44,479 nucleotides of DNA, from the IMG/VR virus record IMGVR_UViG_2526164662_000049, one strand, 5' to 3'. This document shows positions 19,776 to 29,113 of this stretch, piece by piece; the first letter of the stretch is position 1; every line of letters starts with the position of its first letter. A program made the translations under genes and the position numbers. Source of the stretch: a virus (lineage: Duplodnaviria > Heunggongvirae > Uroviricota > Caudoviricetes). The notes beneath the pieces were generated by a model. That model was not told where the DNA came from. It saw nothing but the letters and a program-made list of their open reading frames with translations, and searched no databases.

Positions 19776-20549
19776 TCAGGCGGGATAAGATTGGGAGGTG
19801 GGAAAAACGATTTCTTTATAACAACGACAATTCGGGAGCTCGCCAGCGTGACCGGTCATGCCGTCAAGCGTTGGAGGTTTGCCCCATTCGACAAATTTAC
19901 CTTCCATTTCCCGATGAGAATGCCTGACGTCACCATCTTCGGCTGTACGCCAGATATAACCATTCGAACCAATTGACAGCGCACGCGCCTGATCCAGCGC
20001 GCCGGTTGCACGTCCAAGTTCAGTACGGGCAATCAGGTCAGCTCTGGACTTTGCTATATCACCCGATGCGGCTATTTCTTTAGCAAAATGTTCTGCTCTC
20101 CCACCGGTCACAACAGCTTCTATCGCCCGATTCTGGATGTCGTACACCCTGTCAGCCGCCTCGAGGGGGAGCGATTTGATGTACTTGACCTGTTCGGCGA
20201 TGATGGATTGCATCACCTGGCCCACAGGAGCGCTTTCCACAAGATTGCGGAGCTCGCGACTGATGTTCTTGCTGTGTTGCCGCCAAACTTTCTCGTTCTG
20301 CCGGGTTAGGTCCGCAGTAAAGTTTTCCGCGACCTTTGTCGCCCAGGGGGTGATGATTTCACTGTAGCGTTCCAGCGCCTCAATAATTTCCGTGATACTG
20401 TCATTTGAACCATCGTAGCGACCATTTACGATGTCTCCGACCGCCCGCGCTATCCTGCGTAGGCTGGTTCGATAGCGGATTTCCGCCTGACGGTTCCTGC
20501 GGTTCGTCATCAGGTTCGCCGATGCCGGGCGGCGCTTCATCTTCGGCAT
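19776..20549 (-). CDS. minor head morphogenesis protein (Mu F-like)
   Basis: 257 aa ORF downstream of portal; start uncertain because it overlaps portal 3' end. Confidence 0.55.
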   Translation of the reverse strand: MPKMKRRPASANLMTNRRNRQAEIRYRTSLRRIARAVGDIVNGRYDGSNDSITEIIEALERYSEIITPWATKVAENFTADLTRQNEKVWRQHSKNISRELRNLVESAPVGQVMQSIIAEQVKYIKSLPLEAADRVYDIQNRAIEAVVTGGRAEHFAKEIAASGDIAKSRADLIARTELGRATGALDQARALSIGSNGYIWRTAEDGDVRHSHREMEGKFVEWGKPPTLDGMTGHAGELPNCRCYKEIVFPTSQSYPA

Positions 20550-21867
20550 TCTCGATGTCCTCGTCGGTAATGGATGCCCCGATGCCGGTTACGTCAGAAT
20601 TTTCGCGCAAATCAGTCATAGCGGCTTTCAGTGTCATCAGACCATCACCCAGCGCTGTACTGATTGCGTTGGTGGTATTTAACGCCACCGTTGAACGATC
20701 GACATCAGACATTTGCCAGAGCGGGTTAAACTCAAACGTGAAATCATCCGGGAGCGGCTTGCCAAGTTCCGAACGATGCATGATGTCAAGTATCCGCCGC
20801 ACCGGAAGACGTAAACGTCTCTCCTGCAACGAACTGATGCGGTCGTAATAGTTGGCAAGGTCTGCATCACCGGTAGAAAATCCTTTCGGGGACTGTCCAA
20901 ACAGCCGCACCAGTGGGATACCAACAGCGCCACTAATCTGTTCTGCAAACTGTGAAAGGATGTCATCCAGACCACTGAAGCTGTACTGATGAGTTTCAAA
21001 CTTATCCCGCGAGTCCATGAGCGTCATGCCTTCATTGCTCTGGAACTGTCGAATCAGGTCAATATTCTTCAGCAACGCTTCATACGCAGGACCACCAAGT
21101 GCGATAAGCTCGCGTAGCTTCTCCACGCTGTAGGTGCGCAAATGCGCTTTGTAGACCAGCTGCGCCGCGCCGACAGTAGCGCTGTCGAACGCGGTAAGAC
21201 GATCCCAGATACGCTCTACAACCGACATTCCCCATTCGTTCTCGGTCATCTTCTGCTGAAATGGCAGCGTGACGCCATCAAAGCGAATCAGTCGACTGTG
21301 ATGAATGCGCCAGGCAGGAATTCCCGTTGCTGTGGTCACCACATCGTAAAACTCAGGTTTACCCAGGTCCGGCCCCATATCTTTAATGCGGCGGGTCAGT
21401 ACCGGGTCAATCATCCAGCGGTCGAGCGGGAGAATCCCCTTAAACTTGCCCTTACCGATGGTTTCGGGTCGCAGCGGGGTCATTGGTGCCTGCCCCTCAA
21501 TCATGATGAAACCCACCGCGCCGCCGTAGAGGCGCGACCATTTCAGCACGTCATTCAGCGCATCCCAGATTTGCAACTCATCCAGTTGTGATTCGAGAAT
21601 GCCACGATCTTTTGCATCAATTTCCGAAGTGATGCGAATGCCTTTGCGGGTCATATCATCCGGGATAGCATCGACTGCTTCGCCGATGATCCAGGATGAA
21701 CGATAGGACCATTCCACCAGCATGCGGTTACGACTGGTGAAATTAGCCCGGTAGGTAGATGCTGAGTGCTGGTTAGGTGTCTGCATCCCTACGCGGGCAA
21801 TAAAATTCTCATAACCATCAGCTGTGGCTTGCGCAGTTCTTCGCAGGGCTTGCTTGTTTCGTGCCAT
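20401..21867 (-). CDS. portal protein
   Basis: 488 aa, directly after terminase large subunit with overlapping stop/start. Confidence 0.75.
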   Translation of the reverse strand: MARNKQALRRTAQATADGYENFIARVGMQTPNQHSASTYRANFTSRNRMLVEWSYRSSWIIGEAVDAIPDDMTRKGIRITSEIDAKDRGILESQLDELQIWDALNDVLKWSRLYGGAVGFIMIEGQAPMTPLRPETIGKGKFKGILPLDRWMIDPVLTRRIKDMGPDLGKPEFYDVVTTATGIPAWRIHHSRLIRFDGVTLPFQQKMTENEWGMSVVERIWDRLTAFDSATVGAAQLVYKAHLRTYSVEKLRELIALGGPAYEALLKNIDLIRQFQSNEGMTLMDSRDKFETHQYSFSGLDDILSQFAEQISGAVGIPLVRLFGQSPKGFSTGDADLANYYDRISSLQERRLRLPVRRILDIMHRSELGKPLPDDFTFEFNPLWQMSDVDRSTVALNTTNAISTALGDGLMTLKAAMTDLRENSDVTGIGASITDEDIENAEDEAPPGIGEPDDEPQEPSGGNPLSNQPTQDSAGGRRHRKWSLRWFK

Positions 21868-23270
21868 CAGGCCTGTCTCCCCAGCTGTTCCCAGATATCC
21901 AGCGATGTATCAATTGGCGCGAAGGCCATAATGAATGCGTCAGCAACGTTTGGTGACGGTATCTCGCGTTTTGCGAGGTCTTTTTTACTTTCGACCATCA
22001 CACGTCCGTTACGGTCGAAATCACGATGAGGTGTTGTCAGTTCCAGTTTCAGCTTTTCAAGCAACGGACAACGAGAATCTATGCTGATCAGCTCATCCAC
22101 AGGATACTGTTCTCCGTTGTTAATGGCGTTAAACGTATTTCTGAAACGGTCAGCCACCAGCCACCATGCCTGAGCCTTAAGATTTGCGAAAAAGTCTTTG
22201 TTGGGGATGCCGTTGTATTCGTCATCTGGTTCATGCACACCAGCGCCGGCGTTAAACCTCTGGTAATTCACACGTCGCGCGTATGCATTCTCGCTCTTCC
22301 GGTCAGCGTTAATTTCAGAGAATTTAGCACCGGCAGACGCACCAACACCGATAGAGTCGTAAACAATATCTGCTTCACGCTCCAGCGCCGACTGATAAGT
22401 ACGCTGGCAGCTCTTCAGTAATTCATCTTCTTTGGCCTTCCATTCGTCGGCCCAGAAAACAACGGAACCGTGACGGTAAACGTTAGCGCACTTATCTGTA
22501 CCACTGTCAGCCACGTCAAAGCCAATACGCTTTCTTCCACTGGGTTCGAAATTTAACGTTTTGTGCGCATCCACTGCGGCTTCTATCCAGGACAGTTTGA
22601 TGATTGCCGCATCATCATCAGACTCCGGAACGCCCTCATACACATGTTTAAAACCATCAGGATCACGGCGTCGCGCCGCGTCGATAACCTTAAGCATGGT
22701 GTCAGACAGAAACGGATTTTCGTCATAGTTAATTTTGCGGATGAGAGTGCCTTCAGGCGGATCAACAACGAAGTTACGCCAGACGAAATCAGTAACAAGT
22801 CCGGGGTTGAATATGAACCAGCATTCCGAACCCTCTTTACGGATCGTTGGCTCCAGAATTTTCCACTGGTATTCAGTCAGTGCGTGGGCTTCTTCCAGCC
22901 ACAACACGTCGATCCCCTCCAGTGACTTAATTTCTTCGATGTTGCGCCATAATCCATAAAAAACAAATTCCGAGCCAGTAACCCGGTTAATGATTTTGTT
23001 GTTCAGAATCCGGAAACGGTGCCGCAGGCCAAACCTGTCTATCTGAATTTTGAGCAGGGTATACACCGACTCTTCGATTTTATTCTGGATCTGACGGGCA
23101 CAACAAAAACGCAGGGTGTATTTATTCGACAGAAATATGGCAATGCCAGCGGCATCCCATGATTTTGACGATGACCGGCCACCATAAAGCACTTTGTTAC
23201 GTGCCCGCGTAGTCCAGAAACTACGTAAAGCCGGATTAAGCGTCGGTTTGGATGTCAGAATAGAAGTCAT
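21867..23270 (-). CDS. terminase large subunit
   Basis: Walker A-like YGGRSSSKSW near N-terminus; about 467 aa from MTSILTSK; ORF in track extends to 23378. Confidence 0.8.
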   Translation of the reverse strand: MTSILTSKPTLNPALRSFWTTRARNKVLYGGRSSSKSWDAAGIAIFLSNKYTLRFCCARQIQNKIEESVYTLLKIQIDRFGLRHRFRILNNKIINRVTGSEFVFYGLWRNIEEIKSLEGIDVLWLEEAHALTEYQWKILEPTIRKEGSECWFIFNPGLVTDFVWRNFVVDPPEGTLIRKINYDENPFLSDTMLKVIDAARRRDPDGFKHVYEGVPESDDDAAIIKLSWIEAAVDAHKTLNFEPSGRKRIGFDVADSGTDKCANVYRHGSVVFWADEWKAKEDELLKSCQRTYQSALEREADIVYDSIGVGASAGAKFSEINADRKSENAYARRVNYQRFNAGAGVHEPDDEYNGIPNKDFFANLKAQAWWLVADRFRNTFNAINNGEQYPVDELISIDSRCPLLEKLKLELTTPHRDFDRNGRVMVESKKDLAKREIPSPNVADAFIMAFAPIDTSLDIWEQLGRQA

Positions 23271-23985
23271 TGAGGTCACGCTCTCCATTGCCATCATCAA
23301 TACCTGCATCACGGCGAAGACGATCAGCCTCCAGAGACACCTTATCAGTGGCGGCCTTGCGGTAGGCTGTATCAGCAAATATTTTTCCTACCGTCGCAAG
23401 CGTGCCAACGATGGACTCAATACGAACTGTATTGCGCATCATTGCTTTCTCGGCGGCGCTGATATTTTCCATCAGCATCTTCCTTTCCTGGTCCCCATTA
23501 GCATCTTCCAGCGACACCAGCCACCGACCGATATTCTCTGCAGCGACAAGGTTGTTAGCACGAAGGCGAAATAATTCGTCCTCGAGCGTCAACGCTTTAG
23601 CGTCCTCTATCACCTCATCTTTGAGCAGAAGGCGACGGGCATAACCACCGTGTTTTAATGCCTGTTGGTTACCGGGTTGGAATGGGTTAGTCGGGGGATC
23701 GGTACGCATTCCGCGTATCGGTTTCGTATCCAGTGTAGGTTCTGTTTTTAGTTGCGTACCTTTTTGTGTAAGGCCAGTAATGGCAGGCTTTCTGCTGGTA
23801 CGCACTTTTCTTTTTTGCGTACCATTTTTGCAAACCTGCGTACCGCCACTGCGTACCCAACCAAGCTTTTTGGCCCTCTTCCTGATAGCCCCTTCTGTAA
23901 CGCCGTATTTCTCGCCTATATCACGGAGGCTAAGGACTCCGGCCCGGTATGCCGATTCGATGGCCTCCCAGTCCGGTTTTGCCAT
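23236..23985 (-). CDS. terminase small subunit with N-terminal HTH
   Basis: 249 aa; N-terminus LSLRDIGEKYGVTEGAIRKRAKKLGW HTH; precedes large subunit. Confidence 0.7.
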   Translation of the reverse strand: MAKPDWEAIESAYRAGVLSLRDIGEKYGVTEGAIRKRAKKLGWVRSGGTQVCKNGTQKRKVRTSRKPAITGLTQKGTQLKTEPTLDTKPIRGMRTDPPTNPFQPGNQQALKHGGYARRLLLKDEVIEDAKALTLEDELFRLRANNLVAAENIGRWLVSLEDANGDQERKMLMENISAAEKAMMRNTVRIESIVGTLATVGKIFADTAYRKAATDKVSLEADRLRRDAGIDDGNGERDLNDFYSDIQTDA

Positions 23986-24042
23986 GAATTTTTCCTCTTA
24001 GTGACATTACAGAAGCCCCTTATCAAAGGAGCTTCTGTAATG

Positions 24043-24228
24043 TCAGTCCCGAACAAACGTAACCTTCGTGTTTGTCGCTCGCCTTACAAGGCGCGCCGCT
24101 TCGCGTTGCATTTCATCGATAACTTTTTGCGTCATCGGCTGATGCGCATATTTACGTTCAATCTCTGCAAAAATCCCGTTCATCGTTTCGCTGTCTGGTG
24201 GGATAACTTCAACGTTTAATCGTGCCAT
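24043..24228 (-). CDS. small hypothetical protein between lysis cassette and terminase
   Basis: about 61 aa from MARLNVEVIPP; stop lies inside a 14 bp perfect hairpin. Confidence 0.35.
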   Translation of the reverse strand: MARLNVEVIPPDSETMNGIFAEIERKYAHQPMTQKVIDEMQREAARLVRRATNTKVTFVRD

Positions 24229-24487
24229 TGGTTTGTGCTGCCCTGTTTTTCTCAAAAGTCCTGATATCGGCCTTATCCCTGTTGCACTGTGCTAACGCTG
24301 ACAACAACGCAACATTCAGGTTAAGGCTGGCTCCCCACGTAAACGGGTCGGGTAAATCTGGCTGGGGTGTTTCATCCGTCAGACTGGCTGGTAACGGAAC
24401 GACCGGCACCGACACGTATACCGTTCGCGTATTCGTGCAACCGCTTAACTGCGCCAGAAGGAACGATACGAACAGCACAATCATCAT
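24209..24487 (-). CDS. o-spanin lipoprotein (Rz1-like), overlapping Rz in another frame
   Basis: lipobox LSGC after hydrophobic signal, proline-rich mature part; starts within Rz and extends past its stop. Confidence 0.55.
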   Translation of the reverse strand: MMIVLFVSFLLAQLSGCTNTRTVYVSVPVVPLPASLTDETPQPDLPDPFTWGASLNLNVALLSALAQCNRDKADIRTFEKNRAAQTNGTIKR

Positions 24488-24764
24488 CCGCAACAGCCAC
24501 TTTGATATCTTCCTGGGTTCTCTGTGACTCCAGTGCGATCTGCTGTTTTGCATGCTGGTTAGCCTCTATAACTGTATTGATGATTTGCAGTGATTGCAGG
24601 ACGTTACTGGTAATGGCTGTTGCAGATTCAGCATTTCGTACAGCCTCATCAGCACGCTCCTTTTCGTGTTGATATTTGCTGTAGTAATGCCCGGCAGACC
24701 AGATAAAAGAACCGATGACGGTAACAAAGAAGGCAACAATAACCAGCTTATATCTCAGCTTCAT
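24372..24764 (-). CDS. i-spanin (Rz-like)
   Basis: 130 aa, N-terminal TM helix then coiled-coil; directly downstream of endolysin. Confidence 0.75.
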   Translation of the reverse strand: MKLRYKLVIVAFFVTVIGSFIWSAGHYYSKYQHEKERADEAVRNAESATAITSNVLQSLQIINTVIEANQHAKQQIALESQRTQEDIKVAVADDDCAVRIVPSGAVKRLHEYANGIRVGAGRSVTSQSDG

Positions 24765-25224
24765 TTACCACCCCACCAGCTTCTTTAAATCGGGAAATCA
24801 GGTCACCGATTCTATGTTCATACTGACCGTAACCTGCACCAGGTAACGACGCCCAGATATTGCTGCAACGGTCGATTGCCTGACGAATATCGCCGCGGTC
24901 AATCATCGGTAAAGCGCCACGCTCTTTAATCTGCTGCAGCGCTACAGCATCCTGGCTTTCTGGAGAAAAATCTTTCAGACCAAGTTGCTTGCGGTAGGCA
25001 TCCCACCAGCGTGAAAGAAGCTGGTAACGTCCGGCGGCTGTTGATTTGAGTTTCGGATTTAGCGTGACAAGTTTGCGAGGGTGATCGGAGTAATCAGTGA
25101 ACAGTTCGCCACCAACAATAACATCATAACCGTGGTTACGTGTCGGTTGTCGCCCGTTATCCGTTCCTTCTGACCATGCCACCATATCAAGGAAAGCTTT
25201 ACGCTGGGAATTAAGTGTCTGCAT
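24748..25224 (-). CDS. endolysin, lambda R-type lytic transglycosylase
   Basis: 158 aa; near-identical over long stretches to recalled lambda R (RKAFLDM.AWSEGTDNGRQ.TRNHGYDVIVGGELFTDYSDHPRKLV). Confidence 0.85.
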   Translation of the reverse strand: MQTLNSQRKAFLDMVAWSEGTDNGRQPTRNHGYDVIVGGELFTDYSDHPRKLVTLNPKLKSTAAGRYQLLSRWWDAYRKQLGLKDFSPESQDAVALQQIKERGALPMIDRGDIRQAIDRCSNIWASLPGAGYGQYEHRIGDLISRFKEAGGVVNEAEI

Positions 25225-25227
25225 TAA

Positions 25228-25578
25228 TTACTCCTTATGGGCACCGAACTTGTTACCGATGACCCTCATTGCCGCACCACGAATAGCATCAACACCAATC
25301 AGCCCCACCCCACCACCAATGGCAACAGAAAGTGATTTAGGCCATCCGACATACTCAAGCGCGGATGCAAAGGTCAGCGTCAGAGCACCACAAAGCAGAA
25401 TCTCAAGCGTTTTTCGTTTCCAGCCGCCGCCACCGCCAAAATAGGCAATGCGCAAACCAGCCATAATAATTGACATAACCACTGCACCCAGCGGCGTATC
25501 TCCACGCCACCAACTTTGTAAGAGTTCCAGTAAGTCAGGCCAGGAATGAGGGGCATTGTGCATTTTCATAAGCCTCAC
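25228..25578 (-). CDS. holin (possible dual-start holin/antiholin)
   Basis: 116 aa with hydrophobic helices, N-terminus MRLMKM with several in-frame Met; immediately upstream of endolysin. Confidence 0.7.
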   Translation of the reverse strand: MRLMKMHNAPHSWPDLLELLQSWWRGDTPLGAVVMSIIMAGLRIAYFGGGGGWKRKTLEILLCGALTLTFASALEYVGWPKSLSVAIGGGVGLIGVDAIRGAAMRVIGNKFGAHKE

Positions 25579-25786
25579 CTCCGAGAGTTCGGATGGTGCT
25601 AAGTGTAAGATTCAGGCTCTCAGGCTTGCTAACAAGAAGTCGAGGATGTTTCCGGAGCCTAACAACGAAAAAGCCCCGGGACATGCCGGGGCCAGATGGA
25701 GTGCCAGATTAAGCTTTTGGCGGTATATACTCGTGTTTGATATCGTTAAATCGCCAAAAGTAACAATTCAAACAAAGAGGATTTTT

Positions 25787-25948
25787 ATGTCTGAAAAAAA
25801 CAAGCCACAAGGTGAAAATAAACCTCAGCAACCCGTGGCACCAAAACCAACTCCAACACAAAGTACTGCAGACTTTGCTACACGTCGTGTTTTTGTTGGA
25901 GATTCTGCCGACTCAGTCATTGAACATATAAAAAAACAGCCGAGATAA
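25787..25948 (+). CDS. small hydrophilic protein (53 aa), convergent with and overlapping 3' end of membrane-protein gene
   Basis: ATG preceded by AGAGGA RBS; MSEKNKPQGENKPQQPVAPKPTPTQ...; unknown function. Confidence 0.35.
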   Translation: MSEKNKPQGENKPQQPVAPKPTPTQSTADFATRRVFVGDSADSVIEHIKKQPR

Positions 25949-26486
25949 ACATCGCCGCTACCGGAGCAAGGATAGTATACATCCTTGCTTTATCGAGACT
26001 CGTGCGGATTTTCTCATTTTCCAACAGTAACTCTCTTGCTGTATCACTCAAGTCAACAAGGCGATACCTTCGTATAAGCGGCAATAACTTATCAGGTCCT
26101 AAATATCCTGCATCAGCGAATATTTTAAAGCTCGAGGGCTCCATATCCTTATATTTTTCATGATATAGATGATCAGGAGGGGCATTGATCAGGCCCCTAA
26201 CCTTCACAGATAAACCAGTACATACCAAGTAAATGGCGCACCATGTCCATAGTAATGTAAATGTGGTAATTCCGGCGGTGAGAAAATCGAAATTAGTTTT
26301 CTGTGTCAGCAATAAAAAAGATGAGCCAATTCCAACAATCTGAATGTTCAGAAGTTTGTATCCATTCTCAACATTGGTTTTGTTAGAAAGATGAATCTCT
26401 CGTATCGTCTCTTCCCCTTGTTTTTCAAGATAATCGACGAGCTCATCATCTACTCCTAAAAAATAAACTTTAGGTAGTTCTCTCAT
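25917..26486 (-). CDS. AT-rich cargo gene: membrane protein (about 189 aa, 3 predicted TM helices)
   Basis: start MRELPKV preceded by GGAGGTGAG RBS; extended -10 promoter upstream; located between Q/pR' and lysis cassette. Confidence 0.55.
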   Translation of the reverse strand: MRELPKVYFLGVDDELVDYLEKQGEETIREIHLSNKTNVENGYKLLNIQIVGIGSSFLLLTQKTNFDFLTAGITTFTLLWTWCAIYLVCTGLSVKVRGLINAPPDHLYHEKYKDMEPSSFKIFADAGYLGPDKLLPLIRRYRLVDLSDTARELLLENEKIRTSLDKARMYTILAPVAAMFISAVFLYVQ

Positions 26487-26595
26487 CTCACCTCCACATC
26501 CTGTACTGAACACAATTTTACCAGAATGTCTCGATTCCAGGTATTCCGCCAGGAATCGCGCTCCAGAAATGAAACATCAGGTTCGCCAGTACCAG

Positions 26596-26621
26596 AAACA
26601 ACAAAACCCGCTCAATGGCGG
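26596..26621 (-). terminator. putative terminator between ORF6N-like gene and membrane-protein gene
   Basis: minus-strand hairpin cccgc/gcggg followed by T-rich run. Confidence 0.35.
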
Positions 26622-26719
26622 GTTCTGGTAAAGTTCATGCGCTTGGTTCGCCTCGCGATACAGCTTTGCGAAGCGTACCGGGATTGAAGCAGTTTATGGC
26701 TAAAATTGCAAGAACTTTT

Positions 26720-27331
26720 TTAAAGCTGCATCAGCCTTTCCACCAGTTTATCTCTGCGAACAACAAACCAACCATTGGCTCTCGCCAGTTCCAGCCATGA
26801 CTCAAGGGAAATAACAATATCATCATCCCGCAACTGAATTGTGGAAACAGTGACACCGCCTCGCTGATAACAGAGAACTCGCGTGTCGTAACTTTTCTGG
26901 CATGAAACTGGCGCTGACGGATCCTTTTGTCTGAAATAGCAGTCTTCCAGTCTTTCGAACACATCCCACGCCTGATCGGTTTCGAGCATTTTGGCATGAC
27001 GGCCTGCTCCGCGTTCTGTCCAGAGTATGAGGGAGCGGGCTTTCGGGGAAATTTGTAACCCTCTTAAAGATGGTTGCAAATTTTGTGAGTTACTTAAAGT
27101 AACCCGCAAATTTTGTGAGTAGTTTAAAGCTACCCGCAATTCTTTAAGGTCATTACCAACAACTTTGAAAAAGTGTTTCCCTTCAACGAAGCGTACTTTG
27201 TTCTCATGATGATTCTGGCGAATACGCACCGGCTCAGTGCCGTAAAGCTGCGCCAAAAGTTCGGTGGTAATAACAGGAATCTGGTTATGGGTGATCGGGG
27301 AGAGAGTTTCAACAGAAATTTGAGTTGTCAT
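26720..27331 (-). CDS. ORF6N/KilA-N-like DNA-binding domain protein (antirepressor-like)
   Basis: 203 aa; N-terminal ITTELLAQLYGTEPVRIRQNHHENKVRFVEGKHFFKV resembles ORF6N domain; contains internal tandem repeats. Confidence 0.55.
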   Translation of the reverse strand: MTTQISVETLSPITHNQIPVITTELLAQLYGTEPVRIRQNHHENKVRFVEGKHFFKVVGNDLKELRVALNYSQNLRVTLSNSQNLQPSLRGLQISPKARSLILWTERGAGRHAKMLETDQAWDVFERLEDCYFRQKDPSAPVSCQKSYDTRVLCYQRGGVTVSTIQLRDDDIVISLESWLELARANGWFVVRRDKLVERLMQL

Positions 27332-27490
27332 AATGACGCCCTCTGGTGGTTTCTTAATAACTCACCACCGACGACGCCAATCGTCTGGTGGTGAACTGTG
27401 CAGGGTTGGCGTAACCGGGAAACCGACCGGCGCGGATCTCTCCGCCCCCACACAGCCCACCATAATTCAGATGTGCGCGTGCATACGACA

Positions 27491-27514
27491 ATAAAAAACA
27501 CGCTCGCGGCGTGT
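27491..27514 (-). terminator. tR'-like terminator downstream of late promoter
   Basis: minus-strand hairpin acacgc-cgcga-gcgtgt followed by TTTTTTATTG. Confidence 0.45.
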
Positions 27515-27575
27515 ATCTGTCGCGGTCTCTATCCAGGACGCCAATCCCGACGCCAGATTTTGCTGGCGCGTGAGG

Positions 27576-27605
27576 AATATAGCCCCGGATAACAGATTGA
27601 GTCAA
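27576..27605 (-). promoter_or_regulatory. late promoter pR'-like (TTGACT-N18-TATATT) immediately after Q
   Basis: sigma70-like elements read on minus strand directly downstream of Q stop, as in lambdoid phages. Confidence 0.45.
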
Positions 27606-28156
27606 CAGACGGTTTTTAGATCCCCGGAAGAGAATGCATCACGCATCGGCAGATAGAGCATAAACTCTGCCATTTTCAACCACGCATCTATGCGATTACG
27701 GCACGTGGCGTAACACCACTCAGGGTGTGAATCATTCAGCAATTCAGCCATTTTTCGCTTAGTCATCCCCCGCCCTTCATATCGTTGCCGGAGGATACAA
27801 ATCAATCCTGGGTGTTCTGCCAGCACTTCACTAATCACCCGATCAATACATAACGCCTCTGCATCAGTACAATGCACCAGCCAGCTTTTTTGCTTGCCGT
27901 TGATCATATCCCGCAAAAAAGCCTCAAGTTCAGGTTTGTCCAGACCTGCTTTTTTCATCCTCCGGAGCGCCTCGTTAATTGCCGTTTTTGTCAGCTTTTT
28001 AGAGGTCAGCAACTGGTTGAACATATTTCCCGTCTTACCGCCGCCAATATACGACCAGCGCCCCCACATGCGCAGTTTTCCCTGAATCCAGACACTTTCC
28101 AGCGTGGTGAGACGAAGGTGTTCCCCGCTTTTGCCTGTATTTGTTGGGTAAATCAT
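27602..28156 (-). CDS. late antiterminator Q
   Basis: about 184 aa from MIYPTNTG; Cys-rich C-terminus; sits between nin-like genes and pR'/lysis genes; ATGA coupling to upstream gene. Confidence 0.7.
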   Translation of the reverse strand: MIYPTNTGKSGEHLRLTTLESVWIQGKLRMWGRWSYIGGGKTGNMFNQLLTSKKLTKTAINEALRRMKKAGLDKPELEAFLRDMINGKQKSWLVHCTDAEALCIDRVISEVLAEHPGLICILRQRYEGRGMTKRKMAELLNDSHPEWCYATCRNRIDAWLKMAEFMLYLPMRDAFSSGDLKTVC

Positions 28157-28443
28157 AAATAACCTTCCTTTCTCCAGATTTCTTGTGTGCGAAAAACACC
28201 TTCTGCATGCATCAGGCGTAATTCTTCTTTGGTGTAATCGCTGGTTTTTACCCGCCCGTCGATTAAATCGTGGCATGAGCTACAGGCAATCGCTGCCTGC
28301 ATATCGTGTGGTTTTGTCGCTGTTCCGCACGTCCCCGCCAGCCTGTAATGCGCCAGCACAGAAGTTTCGGGATTGTGATTGCAGTAGCCAGGAATTCTGA
28401 CGGTGCACATCTGCCCCCGCGCCGCTTTACGTAAATCCACCAT
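28153..28443 (-). CDS. DUF1364-like phage protein (YbcO-like, Cys-rich)
   Basis: 96 aa with CxxC...CxxC pattern; conserved position before Q. Confidence 0.55.
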   Translation of the reverse strand: MVDLRKAARGQMCTVRIPGYCNHNPETSVLAHYRLAGTCGTATKPHDMQAAIACSSCHDLIDGRVKTSDYTKEELRLMHAEGVFRTQEIWRKEGYL

Positions 28444-29042
28444 TACGCAAACTCCAGTAACTGCGCGGCCACATTTTCGACTTCCTCCGGAGAGGAAAAT
28501 TTACGGAACAGGATCCAGTTCCACAACACATTCAGTACAGATTTATAAACCTGCTGAAACACGGTTTCGTCCATGTTCGCAAATGCGATAGATTTTGCCC
28601 TGCGCCCACGACTACCATCAGGATAAATATGCTCGGTGTAAAATCCGGCCTGAATGGTTACCCACTCGCGGAAAGCGTCAAACGACTTTAGCAATGCCGT
28701 ATCCCGGGTTCTGCATGTCGCAACGGTATTAAGGTATTGCTCTGCGGCATCACTCAGGGCTGGAGTGTGTTCCCGACCTACTGATTCGCACAGGTAATCA
28801 ACGAAGCCCGATACCAGTTTTCGTTCGCGAGGCGTGATCGCCCCACCGACCGGAGTCCAGTAATCGAATCCCAGTTGCAGGAGTTTGAAAAAACGCTTGT
28901 GGAATGCGTAGTTACGCACACGCTTAAAGTCTGCGTGTATCCACTCACCTATTTTGATTTGATGCAAAAAATCGCAACTCTCCGGCGTCGCCGGGAGAAG
29001 TAATCCGGAAGAGGTTTGTTTGACCAGTTGTATATGCGCCAT
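28443..29042 (-). CDS. DUF1367-like phage protein (YdfU-like)
   Basis: 199 aa; position and recalled similarity to Qin prophage ydfU-type proteins. Confidence 0.55.
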   Translation of the reverse strand: MAHIQLVKQTSSGLLLPATPESCDFLHQIKIGEWIHADFKRVRNYAFHKRFFKLLQLGFDYWTPVGGAITPRERKLVSGFVDYLCESVGREHTPALSDAAEQYLNTVATCRTRDTALLKSFDAFREWVTIQAGFYTEHIYPDGSRGRRAKSIAFANMDETVFQQVYKSVLNVLWNWILFRKFSSPEEVENVAAQLLEFA

Positions 29043-29113
29043 CGTAGTTCTCCGCTGGCGCAGTAGAATGGGTGTTCAGCCCGTTATGTAGTATACCAGA
29101 ATTAATGCCAATA

